IMG/VR virus record: IMGVR_UViG_3300035200_000103
Location: 1-39,706 of that record
Strand: one strand, 5' to 3'
Length of the DNA stretch: 39,706 nucleotides
Origin: a virus
Lineage: Duplodnaviria; Caudoviricetes
Of the stretch, positions 26,032-35,637 are shown in pieces (the stretch's first letter is position 1; every line of letters begins with the position of its first letter). The notes below the pieces were generated by a model. The model was not told the origin of the DNA, made no database searches, and saw only the letters and a program-made list of their open reading frames with translations. A program made the position numbers and the translations under genes.

Positions 26032-26652
26032 CTAAGGATAGATGGTGAACACTTTCAAAAGCTCATCTACTGTTGGGAATCGGGGACTAGATTCGTCAGT
26101 GCCATAAAGTATCTTTTCCACAGCCTCAACCGCATAGATGTTTGCATCTGTCGAGTCAATTATCAAATGCGAAGAAGGTTTTGCTCCTGGAACCAGCACT
26201 GGCGTTGTGTAGAATGTGAACCCAAACGGGTTCAGATCTGGACTATCGTTTACTGTTTCGAAAAGCATGTCGTCAATCGTTGCCACGTTGTTAAATATAA
26301 GATGAATTCGGTATCCGTCATTGGTCTGAGAACAATACGTGAAGCCAAAAGGTTGATTCTCAGCAAAAGTGCCTACAAGAGTTCTGCCGTCTGTAAGCGC
26401 AAGAATATGATCTTCCAACATGTACGGAAACGTAAATGCCTGAACGCCAAGCGTGAAGTCTGGTGTTTCTTGCTGAAAGGTGTAGATGACACCCTCAAAA
26501 TATAAAGGTTTGTTTGTAGAGTTCTCGTGTCTTTGCTCTACCTGAATGAGGCCATCCCAAACAGTAACCTCGTCATCGGCAAAATATAGAACCCCTCGAT
26601 CTACGCCTCTGTGGTACCGTCTAGGAAGTGCGTTCCATGAAAGTCTAGTCAT
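26032..26652 (-). CDS. major-tail-protein-like paralog
   Basis: W..RY.RGVDRGVLY..WDGL; FGFTY; HLIIDS. Confidence 0.7.
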   Translation of the reverse strand: MTRLSWNALPRRYHRGVDRGVLYFADDEVTVWDGLIQVEQRHENSTNKPLYFEGVIYTFQQETPDFTLGVQAFTFPYMLEDHILALTDGRTLVGTFAENQPFGFTYCSQTNDGYRIHLIFNNVATIDDMLFETVNDSPDLNPFGFTFYTTPVLVPGAKPSSHLIIDSTDANIYAVEAVEKILYGTDESSPRFPTVDELLKVFTIYP

Positions 26653-26662
26653 AACTCACTCC

Positions 26663-27352
26663 CTATCGCAATATCTCAACAATTTCTGCCGGGCCTGGAA
26701 GAACCGGGTCAGTTGCGGGAGATCCATAAAGCACATCTTCTAAAAGACCAAGAGCCTTTGGATTAACCGTTCTAGAGGAAATGACCAGGTGCGATGTTGG
26801 AAAATATGCAACTCTCTGACGGTTCATCTTATGCTTCTCAGTTGAGTTAAACCAAACGAGTTCTCTTTTTTGGTAAGGAATAGCATTGATGGTCCAACTG
26901 AGTTCTGTAATATCGGTATCGGCAGAAAAGGTCCTGTGCGTTACCGATCCTGGAGCAACAATGGCGTTGTAGACGATATGAATCTTGTAACCGTAATCAA
27001 GTCCCTCGATTGAGTTACCGATGAGCGTTCGATAAGAAAACCCAAAAGTTTGATAGGGCTGGTTCGACACATAAAATCCTCGCCCAAGCCGCAAAATCCC
27101 TTCGCACGGGAAGAATTCTTTTGGCGCAGCAAAAGCCGAAATTTTAGCTGAGTAATGCGACTTGGAAAGAGCAGTTCGTTTCTTGACCCCGTCGAAATAT
27201 TCTGGCGTCACTTCTTGCTCGGCATGGATTTCAGTTACGGAAACGAGACCCGGCCATGCAAAGACTGACTTGGGCGATAGATAAAGCACACCCCGATCTA
27301 CTCCGACTTCGTATGTGCGATTTCGCAGAAGATCCCATTCCAGTCGTGGCAT
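26663..27352 (-). CDS. major-tail-protein-like paralog
   Basis: YEVGVDRGVLY..W.GL; FGFSYRT.IGN; GYKIHIVY. Confidence 0.75.
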   Translation of the reverse strand: MPRLEWDLLRNRTYEVGVDRGVLYLSPKSVFAWPGLVSVTEIHAEQEVTPEYFDGVKKRTALSKSHYSAKISAFAAPKEFFPCEGILRLGRGFYVSNQPYQTFGFSYRTLIGNSIEGLDYGYKIHIVYNAIVAPGSVTHRTFSADTDITELSWTINAIPYQKRELVWFNSTEKHKMNRQRVAYFPTSHLVISSRTVNPKALGLLEDVLYGSPATDPVLPGPAEIVEILR

Positions 27353-27362
27353 AGTTACTCCT

Positions 27363-27902
27363 TTAACCGCTAGTTCCGAACTCCATTCTCCTGCGAGCGT
27401 TTAACTCACGATTACGCCGAGCAATGTCTCCCTTAGCCATCTTCTTAGCTGGTTGATTCTTAAGACTGCAGACTTTAATCAATGTAAGAAGACGATTTAG
27501 ATGCCAGTTTTGGCATTCCATTGGGATGTTGAAAGAGATCATCCAATAATAGATCAACTCAGAAGTGATAACTTCTCGACTGGTTGACTTTTCAGCATTA
27601 GAAAACCAAGTCGCAGTCATCTTAGAATCAATATAATCATTAATCTTCGCATAATCCTCCGGGGCAAATCTTTGGACTATAGTTTCAGAAACTTCCGGAG
27701 AAAAAATCATGCAATAGACGTAAGAGATAACTTCCTCAAAAGTTTTCTCGTTTTTGCTGAGAAAAGGTTTTTCGTGAATTGACTCCCATTTTGAAAGGGA
27801 AACCAGAGAATGCTCCAACGAAAGAATGACAGCTTCTTCGGTAATGAACTCGCCGTCTTCTTCGCTGTAAAGTTCTCTTTCTGGAAGATGAATCTTCAAC
27901 AT
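27363..27902 (-). CDS. putative tail assembly chaperone
   Basis: After major tail gene; LEHSLVSLSKWES, ELIYYWM, WHLNRL. Confidence 0.6.
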   Translation of the reverse strand: MLKIHLPERELYSEEDGEFITEEAVILSLEHSLVSLSKWESIHEKPFLSKNEKTFEEVISYVYCMIFSPEVSETIVQRFAPEDYAKINDYIDSKMTATWFSNAEKSTSREVITSELIYYWMISFNIPMECQNWHLNRLLTLIKVCSLKNQPAKKMAKGDIARRNRELNARRRMEFGTSG

Positions 27903-27940
27903 TCTCTAGTCTCCCAATCAACAAGCATCAACTACTGTAA

Positions 27941-28624
27941 TCAGGCCCCGCCATCAGCCGGAGGCGCCGGCTTAAAAAGTGTAACAACCTCATCTGGAGT
28001 CGGAAGCTTAGGCGTAGTAGAGCCAGAGCCCCCGCCGTAAAGCATCTCCTCGAGCGACGCGAGCTGAGTCGGGTCTGCGACAGTGGAATCGATGACGATG
28101 AGCGAAACAGGCTTGTACCCAGTAACAGGGACAGGCGTCGTGTTAACCTCCCAGCTGAACGTGATAGCCTCTGGCGAGTCGTTAATCGTGGCGTAAGCCT
28201 TCTCGGACGGTGAGGCGAGACACCCGTAGACCAAGTGAAGCTTGTACCCGAGGTCGTTGCCTTCAAGATCGTTGCCGACAACCGTTCGGTACGAGAAACC
28301 AAACGTTCTACGGTTCTGCTGCATCAGCAGAACACCCTCTGCCGGTGCCACTGAACCATCACACAGGCCGAACTCTTCGGGGTAAGTAAACGCCTCGATG
28401 GTGAAGGTGAACTCCTCCAAAGAGATCAGGTTCAGGTACTTAATGTTGTCAGCATACTGCGGAGAAGACTCAGCGCCACCAGGCGACTCGGTAACAGCCG
28501 TCAGGCCATTCCAAGCAACCGCCTCATTGTACACGCCGGTTTCATCCGGAATGTAAAGAACGCCGTGGTCGACGCCGGTCTCGTAAAAACGCTTACCGAC
28601 CTCGTCCCATGTAATAGCAGCCAT
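27941..28624 (-). CDS. major tail (tube) protein
   Basis: YETGVDHGVLY..AWNGL..YADN.KY; strong AGGAGG RBS. Confidence 0.85.
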   Translation of the reverse strand: MAAITWDEVGKRFYETGVDHGVLYIPDETGVYNEAVAWNGLTAVTESPGGAESSPQYADNIKYLNLISLEEFTFTIEAFTYPEEFGLCDGSVAPAEGVLLMQQNRRTFGFSYRTVVGNDLEGNDLGYKLHLVYGCLASPSEKAYATINDSPEAITFSWEVNTTPVPVTGYKPVSLIVIDSTVADPTQLASLEEMLYGGGSGSTTPKLPTPDEVVTLFKPAPPADGGA

Positions 28625-28635
28625 CCTATTTCCTC

Positions 28636-28941
28636 CTAGAAATAGAGCGTGAAAACGTCGTGGTTGAGGTTGTCCGCCGTGAAAAATCGATCATGAATAC
28701 ACAACGGAAGAGCTGAGATCGAGTCAACAAACGGCGTATCCGGATTTCGATCAATCAGTGTCAACGTATACCGCTTTTTATGCCGATAAGGTTTATTATC
28801 AGCAAAATCTACGTTTGTTTGCGATCGCTCATAAACAATGCAAGGATACTCGAGTCGGACATTTGTTGGTGGTTGAAAATATACACTGTCCGAGCCGAGT
28901 ATCTTTTTAAGAAGTGCTTGCAACTCAAGGCGTTGGGCCAT
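28636..28941 (-). CDS. tail terminator protein
   Basis: VYFQPP...YPCIVY..FADN; position. Confidence 0.72.
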   Translation of the reverse strand: MAQRLELQALLKKILGSDSVYFQPPTNVRLEYPCIVYERSQTNVDFADNKPYRHKKRYTLTLIDRNPDTPFVDSISALPLCIHDRFFTADNLNHDVFTLYF

Positions 28942-29254
28942 TGTAAACACTCCCTAGCGAGAGAATGAGCCGGGGGCTTTGAACCTCCACTGAGGAAACA
29001 GTCCATCGCACCCCGGCCCATCGCACATACTTGATGTTGAAAAAATGCTGAGTGGCAAATTCATCTGCAACAATACTAATAGAATTATCGACAGATAGAT
29101 CGTCATTGAGATGCTCACCAGAACTAAGACGCCTAGTGTTTCTGATAACGTCTCCAAAATATTCAATCTCAGTGATTTCATCCACCCAGATACCAGAACC
29201 TGGCGGGTTCTCAATGCTATTTCCATAGCCTACTTCACCATGAAACTTTGCCAT
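28925..29254 (-). CDS. head closure / head-tail stopper protein
   Basis: After capsid gene; ISIVAD..YVRW.G.RW.V..PRLIL. Confidence 0.7.
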   Translation of the reverse strand: MAKFHGEVGYGNSIENPPGSGIWVDEITEIEYFGDVIRNTRRLSSGEHLNDDLSVDNSISIVADEFATQHFFNIKYVRWAGVRWTVSSVEVQSPRLILSLGSVYNGPTP

Positions 29255-29268
29255 CCCAGCTCCTTAAA

Positions 29269-31251
29269 TCACGGACCAGCAACGGGCTCATCCGGCACTG
29301 GCTGGTTCCTGTTCCGGAAGGTCCAACGAGTGCGCTCGGCCGGAGACAAGATCTTTCCAGAAGTCGCCTCGGCCTGGATGGTGATCGACGTCAGAGGATC
29401 AACAGTAATAGCCCCAGCCGTAAGAACACTCTCGTCAGAAGCATCGACATACTGAACGCCGGCAACCGATGGGATTGTCACAACACCAGTGTCAGGATTC
29501 CACGTCGGAGCCTTAGCCAGCACCTCGGCGTTTCCAGACTGCACAACAACCAGAGCCGACTTAGCCTTGACGAGAGCACCAGAAATTCGAGTCTCGATCA
29601 GATACTTGTACTTGTTGTAGTCGATATCGAAGTCATCAAACAGCGAAACCTCGCCGCCACGATCTGCACCAATAACGTAGTCAGCCATGTTGACCATGAT
29701 GCCGATGACATCCGGAGTCTCCTCAAGCACCCCTACGGCAACCAGATCGCGAACACGCATCTCGGCCGCAACCTCAGAAACATTGCGGTACAGACGACGT
29801 CCCTGAGTATCCTTTGCCGCCATGAGCTGCCCGATGAGCGACTCAGTCGTGTAGAAGGTCGGAAGGCCAGAACCCTTGTAGAAATGACGGGCAAGAATAA
29901 CGGCGTCAACAACCTCGGTCGGGGAAGACTCGGCGTTAGCCAGATCGACCGGAACCTTGACCGTGTAGAAGTCATCGTCAGTAGCAATAGGCCGAAGGTT
30001 AGTCTCACTGATCTTGTCCGTCGAAGCAACGTCACGTCCGTCGCCAATGAGAATCGCTCGAGCGATTTCCTCATCGAGCATGAGACGCATCTCACCCTTG
30101 AGCCAGGCGACAACGTCAAAGTCGGTAATATCGATCATGTCGTCGCGGTCGAGCTGCTGCTTCTTGTAGATGGTCGTCGGGGTGGTGATACGCTTCGCGA
30201 CACCAAAGAACTCTTCCTTCTTGACCGTACCCTTGATGTAGCCACGAGCCCGAGCCTCATCATAGGTAAGGTCTGCTGAGACAGTCTTGATGCGCGCAAA
30301 GGGACTCTTACGAGCTCCACCAAGCACATCTGCAACCCACTCGGACCGGCGGGTAAGCCACTCCGGCGTACCGGTAATAGCCCTAGCCTCCGGGAAAAGA
30401 ACATCGATGTCGTCAATACCATGCGCCATGGCATATGCCTCAACGGCATCCTTAAGGGACCCACCCTTAATGGCGTCCGAAACGATGGTGTTGATGTCTG
30501 AGTGGCTGAGCGTGTGGGTGGGGGTGCGCGCCGCACCATCCTGCTCAAACACATTACGATTCATGTCAATACCCTCCGTGTGAGTGATTCCAGACTGTTC
30601 GGCAGAGCTGTTGGCCTCTTCAAGTGCAGCACCGATCATAAAGTAGACCAGTTCCTTCTGTTCGTCAGTGAGGGTGTTAAAAACATCTTCAACTGTACGG
30701 TCGTCCTCGGGCACGTCTTTCTCCTTTTTCTCTTGTGACGCGTGGCTGAGTTTCTCATCCTTGACACTCGCTTCACCGTGACTCAAGTCTTTATGCTCGA
30801 GCGGAAGACCAGTGTAAATAATAGCCTCGTCCTCGAGAGTCTCAATCTCGCCATCGCTGTGAGCAACAGCGACATTATCGATAAGAGCCCCAGGATTTGC
30901 GCCTGCTAGAACCAGGCTGACCTCACGGATTGATCCGTGAAGAACGTGGCTTCCCTTCTGAACCAACTTATTGGCATAAATAGAAAGCTGAGTAATATCT
31001 TTGTGCTGGACCAGAGCCTTCGAGCTCTCTCCAGTCTGAGTGTTGTTGAAATAGCCGTAGGCGTACATGCCATCTTCTCGATGCTCGAGAATGGCATGCC
31101 CGAGAACGTTCTTCGGATCGGAATGACCATGCTGCCAGACGAGAGGCACGCGAGAACCGTCCTCATGCTTGAATGCGTCGGGCATGATAATTCGGCCATC
31201 GGAGCACCTGAGATTCGCCTTAGTAGCGTAGCCGCTAAAATCAGCTCCCAT
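29269..31251 (-). CDS. prohead protease-major capsid protein fusion
   Basis: HK97-type protease motifs FSGYA, PLVWQH, LSI, REVSLV..AN; linker; capsid domain; ATG 31251 after AAGGAG. Confidence 0.88.
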   Translation of the reverse strand: MGADFSGYATKANLRCSDGRIIMPDAFKHEDGSRVPLVWQHGHSDPKNVLGHAILEHREDGMYAYGYFNNTQTGESSKALVQHKDITQLSIYANKLVQKGSHVLHGSIREVSLVLAGANPGALIDNVAVAHSDGEIETLEDEAIIYTGLPLEHKDLSHGEASVKDEKLSHASQEKKEKDVPEDDRTVEDVFNTLTDEQKELVYFMIGAALEEANSSAEQSGITHTEGIDMNRNVFEQDGAARTPTHTLSHSDINTIVSDAIKGGSLKDAVEAYAMAHGIDDIDVLFPEARAITGTPEWLTRRSEWVADVLGGARKSPFARIKTVSADLTYDEARARGYIKGTVKKEEFFGVAKRITTPTTIYKKQQLDRDDMIDITDFDVVAWLKGEMRLMLDEEIARAILIGDGRDVASTDKISETNLRPIATDDDFYTVKVPVDLANAESSPTEVVDAVILARHFYKGSGLPTFYTTESLIGQLMAAKDTQGRRLYRNVSEVAAEMRVRDLVAVGVLEETPDVIGIMVNMADYVIGADRGGEVSLFDDFDIDYNKYKYLIETRISGALVKAKSALVVVQSGNAEVLAKAPTWNPDTGVVTIPSVAGVQYVDASDESVLTAGAITVDPLTSITIQAEATSGKILSPAERTRWTFRNRNQPVPDEPVAGP

Positions 31252-32488
31252 TTTGACGATCTCCTTCCTGACTAGTGTCAACGGCCTTCGGTGCCGTTTC
31301 GGTTTCTACTTGTGGCATGTTACTGTTCCTCAACTCGTCAGCCTTTGGATCATCCGATGGGCGAATGCCGAGAATCTGACGAATCTCGTTCGATGTAAGA
31401 ATCTCATTCCGAGTAAACTTGTCCGCAATCTCAGCCATACTATTAACAGGAACTAGCTTGAACGGGTTGTTAATTGCCATGATTGTCTGGTTCTGGGTGC
31501 GAGCAGTCTTTGTCAAGAAAGTACGATTCATGGCTTCAGTAATAGCCCCGAGAATGGGCTCTACCGTTCGGTTGTAATAGTTAAGCATGGCTTTCTCGTC
31601 GGCCGTTCCGCTCATGATCTCTTCAGTCAGGCCTAGTTGCCCATAAAGCATCTTGGTGAGATACTCGACCTGCCCGAGAAGGTTGTTTTCGGCGGGCCGG
31701 TTGAGCTGGATAACTTTTTCAGTGGCATCAGTATAGGCAATCCCGTACTTGCTACCTCGGAGCTGAAACTCAATGTCTTCCCTTCGCTGCTCTGCTGCTT
31801 GCCGTCGTGCTTCCGACTTAATCGTATACGGAAGCTGCACAATCAGGTCTAGTTTTCCAGACGCAGACTGCTCGTCAATCGTATCAAGCAGGTTGAGCTT
31901 ACGAATAAGTCTCTGAAGCGTTGAGTTTGGCTCATTCATGATTGCATAGAGCGGGTTTTCGATAATCGCTACGAACTTCTTACTTACAAGGACTTCTTGC
32001 CTAAAGCCCTTTTCTTCATTATAAAGACTAACGCGAACATGCTTAGGCATCCAAGCAACGATACGTCCAACACGAAGTGTCTTAATATCAAAGCTTCCAT
32101 AGAAGTCTGGATTTAGTGATGTATCAACGGGAACTATCGCAGCAACGCCCTCGTCGAAAAGCGTCAACACAATGTCTTGTCGAAAAGCACGTGCCGCTTG
32201 GTCAATATTTGCTTCGACATTAAGACAATAGTTAAGTCCACTCCCTATTTCTTCTAAAAATCGACCATTTTCATCGATTCGCACATGCTTAAGCGAAATT
32301 GCAGCAACATCGATGCTAACTCGAGTGAAAACTGCAGCCACGATTGAGCGTTCGTTTGAAATAGTAAGACGCATGCGATCCGGCTTGGTTCTTCCATAAT
32401 GGACGACGTAATTATCTCTGGGAGGTTCCTCAATTCGGCCAGTAAAAGCATTCCAAGCATGTTTCAACTTAGTTCCGAATGTTGTCAT
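31241..32488 (-). CDS. portal protein
   Basis: 415 aa between terL and capsid; ILTSNEIR..LG C-terminus. Confidence 0.88.
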   Translation of the reverse strand: MTTFGTKLKHAWNAFTGRIEEPPRDNYVVHYGRTKPDRMRLTISNERSIVAAVFTRVSIDVAAISLKHVRIDENGRFLEEIGSGLNYCLNVEANIDQAARAFRQDIVLTLFDEGVAAIVPVDTSLNPDFYGSFDIKTLRVGRIVAWMPKHVRVSLYNEEKGFRQEVLVSKKFVAIIENPLYAIMNEPNSTLQRLIRKLNLLDTIDEQSASGKLDLIVQLPYTIKSEARRQAAEQRREDIEFQLRGSKYGIAYTDATEKVIQLNRPAENNLLGQVEYLTKMLYGQLGLTEEIMSGTADEKAMLNYYNRTVEPILGAITEAMNRTFLTKTARTQNQTIMAINNPFKLVPVNSMAEIADKFTRNEILTSNEIRQILGIRPSDDPKADELRNSNMPQVETETAPKAVDTSQEGDRQNGS

Positions 32489-33087
32489 TGGTCACCCCCT
32501 CTCCTTTGAACCATGCGCGAGCCGCTACCGCCTAACAATATCTCGACTGAGCGGCGTTTCAGTCTGAGACCTTTAATGATATGCGCGAGCCGCTAATGCT
32601 TATAACGATATCCGCCAGACCTACTATACCTATTCCTGTCAGCAATAAACAAAGCACCTACGGTACCAGTCAGCAAACCTATCGCAACCTTTTCTCCAGT
32701 GGTACTCTTTCTGGACATCTGCAAATCAGGATGATTAATAGGAATACTGCCTTCCTTTACTAGAATTTTGCTAACTTTTGCTCGAGCATCTTTGATCTGT
32801 GCATTTCTTTCCTTACGACGTTCGTTCCAACCCTTTTTTTGCCCACCCCCCTGTTCACCAGTCTGGCTTGGTTTATGAACACCCCCCTGTTCACCAGTCT
32901 TGCTTGGTCTACTAACACGCCCCAGTCTAATAGTCTTAGGTGATCTACGAACACCCCACCGCATACCCTTGATTCCATAATGTTCAATGAAATCGTCTAG
33001 AATATCATCGGGTCCGAACGTTGTCATTGGTCACCACCTCTCATTTGAACCATGCACAAGTTACTACCGCCTAACAATATCTCGACT
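32474..33087. repeat. 75-bp imperfect direct repeat (32474-32548 and 33013-33087)
   Basis: tccgaaYgttgtcattggtcacc...ctaccgcctaacaatatctcgact, offset 539. Confidence 0.9.
32593..33027 (-). CDS. HYG-motif protein, duplicate of the 3' half of 33064-33843
   Basis: PDDIL..FIEHYGIKGMRWGVRR; internal 36-bp tandem repeat. Confidence 0.78.
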   Translation of the reverse strand: MTTFGPDDILDDFIEHYGIKGMRWGVRRSPKTIRLGRVSRPSKTGEQGGVHKPSQTGEQGGGQKKGWNERRKERNAQIKDARAKVSKILVKEGSIPINHPDLQMSRKSTTGEKVAIGLLTGTVGALFIADRNRYSRSGGYRYKH

Positions 33088-33843
33088 AGTCCGAGACCTT
33101 TGTTTCCTATTCCAAGTTCTATCTTTGGGCAGTGAGGTTATGTTATAGACGCCCTGGGAATTCTTAGGAGCAAATTTGTCTCGCGAGGGGTAATAAGATC
33201 TGGAATTTCTAAGCATAACACCAGCACTACCACCTATGACACCCATCAAAGCTATTGTAGCCTTTTCTCCCGAGGTCATCTTTCTGGCCATTATTGCATC
33301 GGGATTATTAACAGAAATTCTACCATTCTTTTTTACAATTGCGTCAGCTTTTTCTCGAGAACGTTTAATCTGTGCATCTTTTTCCTTACGGCGTTGGTTC
33401 CAAGTCTTTTTTTGTTCATTCCACTGTTTACCAGTCTTGCGTGGTTTACGAACACCCCACTGCATACCTTTTACGCCATAATGTTCAATGAAGTTCTCTA
33501 GAATATCATCAGGTGTGGATGTGTGGACTGCCTCGGCCCCGCTGAGCTTGAGCAATGACGTTGGCGGCTCTTTGTCCATTTCTCGATATTGACGAACAAG
33601 AACACGAGCGGCTTTCGCTTTCTCTTCGGGAGAAGCATCAATTGGAGTTCGAGCACCGGAAAGAGCGGCTGCGGCTGCAAAAATAGCATTCTGATTGACA
33701 GCGCCATCTGGAGTTTTGATTGGAAGCTTACACTGCGTCTTGGTTGTCAAAGCACCATCATGATGATGAATCAAGCAAGCATTATGCCATTGTTCTAGCG
33801 TGTAATCAGAAACAGAATAAGAACCCCAAGGTCTCGTGTCCAT
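33064..33843 (-). CDS. HYG-motif virion-region protein
   Basis: ATG 33843 after AGGAGG; FIEHYGVKGMQWGVRK. Confidence 0.8.
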   Translation of the reverse strand: MDTRPWGSYSVSDYTLEQWHNACLIHHHDGALTTKTQCKLPIKTPDGAVNQNAIFAAAAALSGARTPIDASPEEKAKAARVLVRQYREMDKEPPTSLLKLSGAEAVHTSTPDDILENFIEHYGVKGMQWGVRKPRKTGKQWNEQKKTWNQRRKEKDAQIKRSREKADAIVKKNGRISVNNPDAIMARKMTSGEKATIALMGVIGGSAGVMLRNSRSYYPSRDKFAPKNSQGVYNITSLPKDRTWNRKQRSRTSRDIVRR

Positions 33844-33880
33844 TAACCCTCCTAAAAAATATCTCAAGCGATAATATAAA

Positions 33881-35626
33881 TCATTCAAAAGCCTCTCGGT
33901 TGGCTTTAAAAGCAACGTAAGCATCCATAAGAGCAGCCACGTTATCTATTTTTTCCTCTTGGCGCTTCTTTAGAAGTTTCCGGTTTCCATTTGTATCTTC
34001 AAGCGTGATAGCATTACCCATGGCAAAACTCATCAACTCTTGATCAAATATTAACATTCGCTCTTCTGCAAGAATCTTCAACTCACCAAGAGGAACAGAT
34101 TCCGTTCGAGCACCTTGTGGTACCTTTTCAATACCAAACGGGCCGTTTTCGGACTCCCAACGAGTAACAAATTCTTTTGCATTATAGGGATCGAAGCCAA
34201 GAGCTCTGACGTCGTACTTTTCATTCGTAATAAACGCATCAAGATCATCGTAAACTTCCATCATATCAAGAACAGTTCCTTCAAGAACATGAAGACTTCC
34301 TTCTTCGACAAAAGTTTCGTACTTTGCACGCATTGCTCCGGGCAACTTCATTAGCGTTAGTGACGTAATGTAACTACGTGTCTTAACTCCAAATTTTCCA
34401 CCACGAATCGGAAACAAAAAAGTGAAAGCACAAAAGTCATCACCCTGCGAAAGATCAGCGCCAAGCGCACAGGTCATGTTCCAGAACATCTGAGGACGAT
34501 GAGGAAGCGTTTCTTCATACGTGAAAAAGTACGTATAACCTTCCATTGGAATACCAAACCGCTTTGCGAGAATGTCATTGCGAGTCATCGGAGCTTTTTC
34601 TGCTCGTTCAACGTCGAGATGATATGTCTCGTAACTTACAGTTCGTCCAAGATTTGGACTAGCCTTAACCCACTTCGATGGGTCCGCCACTTCGTCAAGC
34701 TCGTCTAGTTTATAATGCCAAATCGACACATGCGGAGCATAATACTCACCTTTAAGTATGTCTGCCAGTTCCATTTTGATTGTGTCACCGGAACCGTTTC
34801 GAACAGTCCCTTCAGAACTGATAGCGATGATTAAATAGTCTTCAAGTTTCGAAGCTCCTTGCTCTACCGCCCCAACAACGTCTTCTCTGATGTCTCCAGA
34901 AAGCCATTCGTCGATAGTCGACACTTTAGGCCTAAGACCTTGAAGCTTGTTAATGGTCATAGGACGGATTTCAAGAAGTGACCCTGTAAGAAAGTTCTCA
35001 ACACCCTTCTTAGTCGAGGCTAACTTCTGTCGCATTGCCCGACTACCTGTCGTGTTCTGCATAGATCCCTCAGTCAGAAACTGAAACAACGGACCTTTGG
35101 CGCGAACAATAGCAGTCCTAATTGGAGACATGACTTCTTCTGCTTGCTTCATCGTCGGTGCCGTAGTTATCTGATGAGTCGTCGAAGTGTCAACGTTTAG
35201 AAAATAACTTTGAATACAAGAAGCATACATAGACTTTGCTGAACCACGCGCTACGATTAAATACTGCTTTGTCGTAAGCCGCTTTCGAATAGTCTTCGTA
35301 ATGTACTTCCCGCCGTGGTTTTGTTCGGTTGGTTGGTAGACGCTTCTCTCTACGAAATAATACCATCCAAAAATTTGTTCGGCCCAAAGCTTAAACGTTG
35401 GAAGAAGATAAAGATCACTTCCATCAGTAAGAGTCATTTCGTTTTCGCAATAACGAATGAATCCTTCTACCGCAAGATCATCATAGTAAATGTTGGGGTT
35501 GGCGATAAGCTCATCAATTCGGTTCATCTCCATAGTAACTTCACGGTTTACTGGGATGTCCCCACGCACAACAGCCTCACGAAACAACCCATAATAGATT
35601 GGTACCGCTGTGTTAGATAGAGCCAT
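33881..35626 (-). CDS. terL: terminase large subunit
   Basis: ARGSAKS Walker A, IDEW Walker B, ISSEG, GADLS, FDPY, KID nuclease motifs. Confidence 0.93.
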   Translation of the reverse strand: MALSNTAVPIYYGLFREAVVRGDIPVNREVTMEMNRIDELIANPNIYYDDLAVEGFIRYCENEMTLTDGSDLYLLPTFKLWAEQIFGWYYFVERSVYQPTEQNHGGKYITKTIRKRLTTKQYLIVARGSAKSMYASCIQSYFLNVDTSTTHQITTAPTMKQAEEVMSPIRTAIVRAKGPLFQFLTEGSMQNTTGSRAMRQKLASTKKGVENFLTGSLLEIRPMTINKLQGLRPKVSTIDEWLSGDIREDVVGAVEQGASKLEDYLIIAISSEGTVRNGSGDTIKMELADILKGEYYAPHVSIWHYKLDELDEVADPSKWVKASPNLGRTVSYETYHLDVERAEKAPMTRNDILAKRFGIPMEGYTYFFTYEETLPHRPQMFWNMTCALGADLSQGDDFCAFTFLFPIRGGKFGVKTRSYITSLTLMKLPGAMRAKYETFVEEGSLHVLEGTVLDMMEVYDDLDAFITNEKYDVRALGFDPYNAKEFVTRWESENGPFGIEKVPQGARTESVPLGELKILAEERMLIFDQELMSFAMGNAITLEDTNGNRKLLKKRQEEKIDNVAALMDAYVAFKANREAFE

Positions 35627-35637
35627 CGCCCCCGCCC

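Noticed and set aside
27363-27902. Programmed tail-chaperone frameshift
   Set aside because: No overlapping second-frame ORF follows; the next gene has its own RBS and is a tube paralog
29248-30279. Long plus-strand ORFs (also 23275-24141, 22546-23115, 19033-19569)
   Set aside because: Antisense shadows of strong minus-strand genes with no recognisable motifs
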